Below, in pieces: positions 18,059 through 24,485 of a DNA stretch of 24,485 bases. The DNA lies in the IMG/VR virus record IMGVR_UViG_3300030372_004203, positions 1 through 24,485 of that record. One strand, 5' to 3'. The notes below the pieces were generated by a model. It made no database searches, was not told the DNA's origin, and was given only the letters and a program-made list of their open reading frames with translations. The stretch comes from a virus. Lineage: Duplodnaviria > Caudoviricetes. The position numbers and the translations under genes were made by a program. Every line of letters begins with the position of its first letter. Positions within the stretch are counted from its first letter, which is position 1.

Positions 18059-20416
18059 CTATTTTTTCCTCTCTTTAGACTGCTTCTTTGATGCTGGAGA
18101 AGGTGAGTCTGCTTTTTCTTTTGCTGCATCAACGACTTCCTTAGAAAGAATTGATAAGTTATCATCTAAACGTTTTTCAAATAGAGTTCCAGCCATTTTA
18201 GCCTTATTCTTAGTTTGATCAAGTTCTGTTTTAAACTTCTCTACTTCGACTTTTTGTTTCAGGTGCACATTTTCTCTAGTTAATGTCTGCATATCACCAC
18301 CTAACTTCTTCAATTGTGACGTTAACTGTTTCACTTGTGACTGTAACTTGCCAATAGTATCTGTTCTTTCAAGAACGCCTTCCATATCGAAGACCTCAGT
18401 TTTCTTAAGGACTTCTTGTTTATCTATGATTCCCTTACCATAAGCATCCATGTAGAATTCGAGTTCCGCATATCTATTAGACGGAAGTGTCGAACCTGAA
18501 ACGTATACAACATCATATTTGCCTACAGTAATATCATTAGTAATTTTTATCTCATTTGTTTTATCATCATATAATTTTTTATTTATAGCATATTCTGTTT
18601 GAGAATTGTTTGGATTAACAACTCTAAATATTTTTTCATTTTGATATAATTCTTGCATCATTTGAATTGCTACTTTTGCTACCCTCTGTAATCCACCTTC
18701 TATATCAGCTAATTTAGACTTTATTTTTCTTTGACCAAATTCATCTAGTGATATAGTAGCTTTATAAGTTTGTGGAGCAGCCTGGGAATTACCCATCATC
18801 ATTTCATAAAGTCCAAGCTGGTGATCTATGTCGTTTTTAGCGGTCTGTTCATTATTATACAACTCATTAGGAAGAGGTGCTGGACTTGCGACAACTGGCT
18901 GCCCCATATCAAAGTCAACTTCTATACCAACCCCTGGTTGAGCCCATTTTTGCTCAAACTCCGCCATATCTACACTACCAGAAGGAACTAAGACCTTCAT
19001 ATTGGTTGATGTAGTAGCATGGGCTATTATAAGTGATCTAGTTTTATTTATATAGTCTTGTAGACCTTTAACCATACGAACATCACTCATTGGATAAGGG
19101 GTTCTAGTATGAAGGTTGGTTAAGGGAACAATAGGATAATTACTAGTAGGTAATATCCTTGAGTATATATGTGAATCTCCTAAGATTACACATTGTTTGA
19201 CTTTTGTTAAAGATATAGGAACAGCCTGAATCATTCCATCTGAAATTAAATGCGCTTTAGTTTTCATAACAACATTTGGTATATTGCCTACATTACCAGC
19301 CTGAGCCATAGCATTTTCTTTAGCTGATGCAATTTGATTATCGATACCTTCTCTTAATTTACCAAGCTCTAACTCCATTCTATCTGGAAGTATATTACCT
19401 AATTGAACTTCTTCTAACATTTGCTGTTCTTGCTCTTGATATTGTACTTCTAATTCTTCACCCATAATATGAATATCTTTTTGAAGCATTTTAAGGTTTT
19501 CTTTTAATATTTTGTCTTTTATTTGACTTTGCTTCTCTTGAGTTTTCTTTATATTATCTGGGCCTTCAATTATTTTATTTTGTAGAATACCAACTTCAGT
19601 TTGAATATATTGTTGAAACTCTTCTTCTGTAAAACGAAACTCTTTTTTATTGTAAGTTTCGAATACTCTATAAGCAGTTTCTTGAACTTTATAATATCTT
19701 TCATAACCTCTTACATATTCATCATCCTCAAGAGTTTCTATTTCACCTGGAAAAACAATTCCAGAATTATCTGTATTGCCAGTTATAATCTGATCACTCT
19801 CATAAGAGCCTTCAGCAGCATCTATTGCTTGTTCATATTGGGGATATAAAGCTTTTGCTTGTGCTTTTGTGAAGTTACGTGATATTATTATATTTTCTGC
19901 ATCATCAAAGAAAGGGTCTCTTGAATTAGGATCGACATAAACATCTAATGGGTCTATATCTTTTATAACTACTTCACCTTTTCCGTCATCTGCTTGTGGA
20001 TTTTGATATACCATAATATATCCCAATCCAGTAACATAGTAATCATCTATAGCTTGTCTTATGATTGTTCTTCCATCAGATATATCATACATATAACTGA
20101 GTAACTGATTTAAAACATTAGCGACTTTAGTGTCACTATCTTCTCTTGGGGAAACTTTAAATGAGGGTCTATTAGCAGTAAGCATAGCTTTTGCTGTTTC
20201 AACTGCTGGATGAATACGATTAACTACAATAGGAGCTTGTCCTCTTGCTTTTAGCGTTTCTTCTTGTTCTTTAGTCCATTGCCTACCTAGTCTGTATTCC
20301 TGGTCTTCTCTAGCTTGAACTTCCCAGACATCTCTTTTTCTTTTGTAGAGATCGAATAATTCTTTGGTTTCGTCGGCAATTGGCTTTGATTCTTGTTGAG
20401 ATTCATAATCAGCCAA
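18059..20416 (-). CDS. Portal protein (P22-like), 785 aa, TTG start
   Basis: G-x-QW...L..RGQAPIVVNRI, DPLDVYVDP, YPIVP, LQDYINK, GKYDV and a C-terminal barrel-like coiled coil; SD AGGGGG; follows terL. Confidence 0.9.
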   Translation of the reverse strand: MADYESQQESKPIADETKELFDLYKRKRDVWEVQAREDQEYRLGRQWTKEQEETLKARGQAPIVVNRIHPAVETAKAMLTANRPSFKVSPREDSDTKVANVLNQLLSYMYDISDGRTIIRQAIDDYYVTGLGYIMVYQNPQADDGKGEVVIKDIDPLDVYVDPNSRDPFFDDAENIIISRNFTKAQAKALYPQYEQAIDAAEGSYESDQIITGNTDNSGIVFPGEIETLEDDEYVRGYERYYKVQETAYRVFETYNKKEFRFTEEEFQQYIQTEVGILQNKIIEGPDNIKKTQEKQSQIKDKILKENLKMLQKDIHIMGEELEVQYQEQEQQMLEEVQLGNILPDRMELELGKLREGIDNQIASAKENAMAQAGNVGNIPNVVMKTKAHLISDGMIQAVPISLTKVKQCVILGDSHIYSRILPTSNYPIVPLTNLHTRTPYPMSDVRMVKGLQDYINKTRSLIIAHATTSTNMKVLVPSGSVDMAEFEQKWAQPGVGIEVDFDMGQPVVASPAPLPNELYNNEQTAKNDIDHQLGLYEMMMGNSQAAPQTYKATISLDEFGQRKIKSKLADIEGGLQRVAKVAIQMMQELYQNEKIFRVVNPNNSQTEYAINKKLYDDKTNEIKITNDITVGKYDVVYVSGSTLPSNRYAELEFYMDAYGKGIIDKQEVLKKTEVFDMEGVLERTDTIGKLQSQVKQLTSQLKKLGGDMQTLTRENVHLKQKVEVEKFKTELDQTKNKAKMAGTLFEKRLDDNLSILSKEVVDAAKEKADSPSPASKKQSKERKK

Positions 20417-20463
20417 GTCTATACCCCCTATTTAGCCTGTAATACGGCACTTTAATATATAAC

Positions 20464-21957
20464 TTATAATGTCATCCAATCAAGAACTTTCTTTAATTTA
20501 CTATCTTTTTTTGTTCCATCAAGTGTTTTTAGCCTTGCTGGCCTAGATCCTTCAAGAGATGTCCATACTGCATCCATAACATCATCGTGTTTACCTTTTG
20601 GATAAGATAAAAACTCAGCTTGAGCGTCTGTATCTTGACTTCTAAAGTAAAATTCTCCTTTAGCAAACATAGGAACTAAAGATAATAACCTTTCACTCTT
20701 ACGAGTTCTAGGTTTAACACCTTTTTCAAGTCCTGGTATATATAAGTTCTCTTCTAACATTCGTTTTTTAACTGCAGCTCTTAAAGCTTCCTGATAAGCA
20801 ACAGTCTCTATTTTCATTTTTTTATGTCTAAACTTTTTAAATTTTTCTATTATTATATCTGGCTGTTCGGCTGGTGATACATGTTTTCTATATAAATCAA
20901 GTAAATACTTATTTCCTTCATGATCTATACCTATAGTTACAAGAACAAAAAAGTCTGCTCTTTGTGATAAAGAAGAGGCGGGGTCTACTCCTCCATAGAC
21001 CTCTACTGGGATGACTTCTTCGCCATCACCCGTCTCTTTTACCAAACAAGGATGTCCTTCTCTTCTTTCGAAGTCGTACTGGTGAAGTTTTATCCATTCT
21101 GGCTTAAATGGAGCCTCATCAGGAGATTGTGCTATATTCATATATTCCTGATAAAACCCGTTTATGTTGCCAACCGAACTATATTCTTCTTTAATTTGTG
21201 AAATTCTTGATTCTGGGAATCTTTCTGGCCATATTGGTGTACCATCATCATTTATTATAGAATACCATAATGTTTTCCATGCTGAGGAATCTTTAGCCCA
21301 ATACAAGAAACAATCCTCCGATATAACTGTTCCTATCATTATTATTCTTCCTTCATCAGATAATGAGGGTATAACAGCCTCTGTCATCCACTTTCTGTTC
21401 TTAGCACGTGCTTCCATAGTAAAAGCATTTAATTCTGATTCAAAATCATCTACTATAATAAGTGTAGGACGTGTATCACCTTCAATAAAACCCCTAACCC
21501 TTTGTCCAGTACCTACAGCTACTATTCTAACTCCATTTGCAGTAACAACATCTGTTGCTGTCCATCTTCTAGCTGTATTAGGCCCCATATCTCCAAATAG
21601 AGCCTTGAATCTATCGCTATGAGTTAAATGATACTTAATACGAGATAAGAAGTTAATAGACTGCGCCTGTGATTCGGATATAATGACGATAAATTCTTCT
21701 TCATCGTCTCTTTTAAACGCTATACGGTGCATTGGAAGGAGAAGTGAGGTAACTGTGGATTTAGCCGTACCACGAGGCGCTGCTATTAATACTCTTTTTG
21801 TATTTCTATTTTTTAAATTTCTATAAATTTCGTGATGAAATGGTGGAGTAGCTTTTCTAAGAGCAGTAGGAAAGCAAGTACGACCAAATAATGCAATATT
21901 GTTATATAACTTTTTAAGAGCTTGTTTCTTCTCGTATAAGGCTTCAAAATCACTCAT
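20464..21957 (-). CDS. terL: Terminase large subunit, 497 aa
   Basis: Walker A APRGTAKST, Walker B IIVDDFE, coupling motif IGT, nuclease motifs GVDPA, IET and HDDVMDA. Confidence 0.95.
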   Translation of the reverse strand: MSDFEALYEKKQALKKLYNNIALFGRTCFPTALRKATPPFHHEIYRNLKNRNTKRVLIAAPRGTAKSTVTSLLLPMHRIAFKRDDEEEFIVIISESQAQSINFLSRIKYHLTHSDRFKALFGDMGPNTARRWTATDVVTANGVRIVAVGTGQRVRGFIEGDTRPTLIIVDDFESELNAFTMEARAKNRKWMTEAVIPSLSDEGRIIMIGTVISEDCFLYWAKDSSAWKTLWYSIINDDGTPIWPERFPESRISQIKEEYSSVGNINGFYQEYMNIAQSPDEAPFKPEWIKLHQYDFERREGHPCLVKETGDGEEVIPVEVYGGVDPASSLSQRADFFVLVTIGIDHEGNKYLLDLYRKHVSPAEQPDIIIEKFKKFRHKKMKIETVAYQEALRAAVKKRMLEENLYIPGLEKGVKPRTRKSERLLSLVPMFAKGEFYFRSQDTDAQAEFLSYPKGKHDDVMDAVWTSLEGSRPARLKTLDGTKKDSKLKKVLDWMTL

Positions 21958-22720
21958 CAGTGGACGTTTTTGCTTCTATTGTTACTTGTTTGCCTTTTAA
22001 TTGAGCTTCTTCTTCGTTTATTTCATCTAAAAGCTTTCTTGTTTGAGTAGCTTCTAATTGTGTAGTAGTTTTAGTGACTGTTTTATCCTTCATACCTAAC
22101 ATATCTTGTATATTCTCTACAACTCTTAAGAAATTAGTTACATCATTCTTAAGTTTAGCCATTTCTAGTCCATCAGATAATAAATCAATAGTTTTTGATC
22201 TATTATATCCCTTTTCGGCTAATACTTCCTTTAATTCATCTTTTACCATACTTTTAAACTCCTGTGTTCTCATCCATCTCTTAGCAGTTCTTATTTTACT
22301 CTTTGATGGGTTATCATATACTTGTTCTATTGCTAGATCCATATTAAAACACGTAGCATACACCATAGCTAAGTTTTTCCATTCTTGTGTCCCTCGTCGA
22401 ACTTCAAGCTGAGGCTTCCCAGTAAGCGTATGATTAGATATTCTCCCATCCGCTTTAAGTTTTTGAGTAGGATACTTAGGAGAATGAAAGGCATACCCAA
22501 AAGGCATACGCACGTAATAAGAACTAACGCCATTATCTCCGTCATATCTCTTCTTTTGGATGACTTTGCCAACATAATTATCATCCGTGAGTGCATACTG
22601 GCCTTTTTCGGCTTCTTTCCAATATACATACTTTATGGACTCCTTGTCAGCTTCTGCTTTTGTGTAGATTTGATAGGTTTGTTTACCTAAATCTCTGTGT
22701 CTAATGCTTATTTCATACAT
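21950..22720 (-). CDS. Probable terminase small subunit, 256 aa
   Basis: Immediately upstream of and overlapping terL; basic N-terminal domain, HTH-like centre, helical oligomerisation-like region and extended C-terminus. Assigned by synteny. Confidence 0.55.
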   Translation of the reverse strand: MYEISIRHRDLGKQTYQIYTKAEADKESIKYVYWKEAEKGQYALTDDNYVGKVIQKKRYDGDNGVSSYYVRMPFGYAFHSPKYPTQKLKADGRISNHTLTGKPQLEVRRGTQEWKNLAMVYATCFNMDLAIEQVYDNPSKSKIRTAKRWMRTQEFKSMVKDELKEVLAEKGYNRSKTIDLLSDGLEMAKLKNDVTNFLRVVENIQDMLGMKDKTVTKTTTQLEATQTRKLLDEINEEEAQLKGKQVTIEAKTSTDE

Positions 22721-22812
22721 TAATACTTTTTCTTAGGTTTAGCCTTACTTTTGTTCTTTTTCTTTGGCGGTCTACCTCTTTTAGAGCCGTAAGTTCCTTT
22801 ACCTTGTGGCAT
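22720..22812 (-). CDS. 30-aa highly basic AT-hook peptide (not in ORF track)
   Basis: MPQGKGTYGSKRGRPPKKKNKSKAKPKKKY*. SD AAGGAG at the end of the lysin gene; TAATG overlap with the downstream gene; KRGRPPK matches the AT-hook core. Confidence 0.8.
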   Translation of the reverse strand: MPQGKGTYGSKRGRPPKKKNKSKAKPKKKY

Positions 22813-22814
22813 AA

Positions 22815-23207
22815 TTACTCCTTTATTTCAAAATGTGGAAAATCATCGAATCTATTGTCGTGTACATACCAATCCTGATCCCAATCTCCTCCCCATCTTA
22901 AGTTTATCTCCATAGACTTAGCAATGCCAAGCACAAAACCAGCGAAAAGATGAAACCGTTCCCTATCATTCCAATCAATAGGATAAGGGACCACATCAAC
23001 AGCCCTACTTGGATTAGCGTTATGACGACCATTGGGGTATCTAACTTTAGTTTTACCTTCTTTAAACAGTTTATCTTGTCTTTCACCACTTCTATGTCCT
23101 TCTATTACACTGCAATCTACGTGTTTAATTACTTCATTAAAGACTTTTTGTAGTCTTTCATCACATGTTTTTAAGTTATTTCTTGATCTACTACCGAATT
23201 TAGGCAT
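22815..23207 (-). CDS. Endolysin, peptidase M15 family (L-Ala-D-Glu peptidase-like), 130 aa
   Basis: EGHRS..RQ..LF..GKT, H-x6-D zinc site (RHNANPSRAVD region), RWGGDW and DFPHFE; catalytic domain only. Confidence 0.9.
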   Translation of the reverse strand: MPKFGSRSRNNLKTCDERLQKVFNEVIKHVDCSVIEGHRSGERQDKLFKEGKTKVRYPNGRHNANPSRAVDVVPYPIDWNDRERFHLFAGFVLGIAKSMEINLRWGGDWDQDWYVHDNRFDDFPHFEIKE

Positions 23208-23311
23208 TATTCATCCTCATCAGGGTAAGTTCTTACATTATCGACTGATACTTCACCATTCCAAGGAGCTCCTATATCAGTAGTCTTAAGTGTATCGTAT
23301 TTACTAGTCAT
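23207..23311 (-). CDS. 34-aa micro-protein similar to the MCP N-terminal arm (not in ORF track)
   Basis: MTSKYDTLKTTDIGAPWNGEVSVDNVRTYPDEDE*. GGAG SD upstream of the ATG; the stop overlaps the lysin start (TAATG). Confidence 0.75.
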   Translation of the reverse strand: MTSKYDTLKTTDIGAPWNGEVSVDNVRTYPDEDE

Positions 23312-23411
23312 TACTACTCCAGAAATATATTTAAATAAAGTTATAGATAGCGTATCTAAAGTCTATATGTAGACCTATAGAGTTAAGGAACGCCGTAATC
23401 TATAGTATACT

Positions 23412-23441
23412 AATATACTACACTTTAGTAGTTAAATCCAA
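23412..23441 (-). promoter_or_regulatory. Candidate sigma70-like promoter for the late operon
   Basis: The minus strand reads TTGGAT-N18-TATATT about 100 nt upstream of the first late ORF; identified by eye in AT-rich DNA. Confidence 0.35.
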
Positions 23442-23443
23442 TA

Positions 23444-23725
23444 CCTAATTTTAGCCTAAAAAATATTTGTATGGTACCTTAACCTATCTTTCCTGGTAAT
23501 CTTGCCTAAAAAGACCTGTTTTTAGTTGAATTTGGAAAATTTGCCCTAGAATCTGAGTACGTGATATACGTTGTACCGTCCCCGTTGAATTCTACGGTTC
23601 GCCTTGCTCACCAGGTTGAATTCTATACGGGACTGTCCATTGAGCCTTACGGCTCTGCCACTGTCAGCTTGGGCTGTAGTTAATTAGTGCACTACACCTG
23701 TAATATATTCAAGCACTAATAAACT
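23444..23725. other. Divergent non-coding region with short direct repeats, palindromes and hairpins (possible genome terminus/packaging site or structured RNA)
   Basis: GCCTAAAAA x2 (23454, 23504); GTTGAATTCTA x2 (23584, 23615); hairpins GAGCC-TTAC-GGCTC and ATTAGTGC...GCACTAAT; the coding strand switches here. Confidence 0.5.
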
Positions 23726-23744
23726 TAATAAAGGAAAACAGTAT

Positions 23745-24203
23745 ATGAAAAATGTAATGAACATAAGTAAAATAGTAAACAAAGAGTTAACAGATAATAG
23801 TGTTAAGATAACTACTAAATCAGGTAATCAGCGAAACAGTAGAATTTATCTTGATGATAATGGTAATCGCGTACCTGAACTTATTAATGGTGTAAAGAAT
23901 CCATCAGCGAAGACATTAGCATATGGTAAAGGTATTAAGGTTACCATAGTGTCTAATTGCTTTGAGATAGATGATAAAACCAAGCAGGTAACCAATGTTC
24001 CGAAATCTCTTGATAGTGCTACATTATTAGCGGTTAAGGCACAGTTAGACGGTAGTAAATGTGAGATTGATGAAACTACCTATGAACTATCTAATAGCCA
24101 ATTCGAAGACAATTTGTTTGAGATTGAGGAAGATAGCGATTTAATGGCGGTAACTAAGTTGTATTATCCTAAACGACAGTATGCTTCTGTAAGTATTCTG
24201 TAG
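23745..24203 (+). CDS. Hypothetical protein, 152 aa, first gene of the divergent (probably early) arm
   Basis: ORF track; SD AAGGA upstream; followed by a terminator hairpin. Confidence 0.8.
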   Translation: MKNVMNISKIVNKELTDNSVKITTKSGNQRNSRIYLDDNGNRVPELINGVKNPSAKTLAYGKGIKVTIVSNCFEIDDKTKQVTNVPKSLDSATLLAVKAQLDGSKCEIDETTYELSNSQFEDNLFEIEEDSDLMAVTKLYYPKRQYASVSIL

Positions 24204-24220
24204 TCGTTTGGGATGTAAGA

Positions 24221-24250
24221 GAGAGTGGACAATAGTCCATTCTCTTTTAT
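24221..24250 (+). terminator. Rho-independent terminator
   Basis: GAGAGTGGAC-AATA-GTCCATTCTC stem (10 bp with one G-U pair) followed by TTTTAT, 17 nt after the stop codon. Confidence 0.75.
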
Positions 24251-24329
24251 AGTGACACCACAATAGAGCGAGTAGTAGTCCTTTTAGTATACATAAAATA
24301 AACACAATAGCAATGAAAGCGAGGTTTAA

Positions 24330-24476
24330 ATGGTATTTAAAATGAGCATAAATAGCCCTAAATGGTATTATTATAATTATTTCAATAGAGTTATTACAAT
24401 TGAAAAAAGTGCTGTAAATCACTGCGAAAGTGAAGCACACAAAGAAGCCGTAAAAATGGCGAAAGGAATGAACTGA
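24330..24476 (+). CDS. Small hypothetical protein, 48 aa (not in ORF track)
   Basis: MVFKMSINSPKWYYYNYFNRVITIEKSAVNHCESEAHKEAVKMAKGMN*. GAGG upstream; TGATG overlap with a further ATG preceded by AAGGA at the window edge. Confidence 0.5.
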   Translation: MVFKMSINSPKWYYYNYFNRVITIEKSAVNHCESEAHKEAVKMAKGMN

Positions 24477-24485
24477 TGAAGATTT

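Noticed and set aside
20445-20479. Possible internal promoter upstream of the portal (TTGGAT...TATATT)
   Set aside because: The spacing is short (about 14 nt) and the DNA is very AT-rich, so it is not supportable by eye.
8296-23283. Remaining nested or antisense track ORFs (8296, 11930, 13224, 14890, 17093, 18006, 18770, 19601, 21164, 22074, 22369, 22385, 22904, 22950, 23032)
   Set aside because: Shadow ORFs overlapping well-supported genes on the minus strand.
23525-23630. GTTGAATT repeats as a mini-CRISPR array
   Set aside because: Only 8-11 nt are shared, spacing is irregular (59 and 31 nt), and there are no cas genes in the window.
24141-24440. 99-aa minus-strand hydrophobic ORF
   Set aside because: It overlaps the 152-aa gene end, its terminator and a better-supported plus-strand micro-ORF; its hydrophobicity is explained by T-rich antisense sequence.

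Overview
AT-rich segment of a tailed dsDNA bacteriophage, probably a podovirus-type phage from an uncultured lineage. Bases 1-23311 form one tightly packed minus-strand late operon with many TAATG/ATGA overlaps. Its order is: two micro-ORFs flanking an M15 peptidase endolysin, probable small terminase, large terminase, P22-like portal, scaffold, major capsid protein (MCP), head-tail adaptor/ring paralogues, tail-fibre-like proteins, a cassette of small membrane proteins with a Zn-ribbon protein and a metallophosphoesterase, a 1504-aa tail nozzle-like protein, and a >1092-aa tail/receptor-binding protein that runs off the left edge and is missing from the ORF track. A structured ~430-bp intergenic region (23312-23744) separates this operon from plus-strand genes and may be the genome end or packaging site. 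The most unusual observation is an unannotated 34-aa ORF at the head of the late operon that resembles the N-terminal arm of the phage's own MCP. An unannotated 30-aa AT-hook peptide and an apparently split adaptor gene are also present. All family assignments come from motifs and synteny read by eye; no database search was run.
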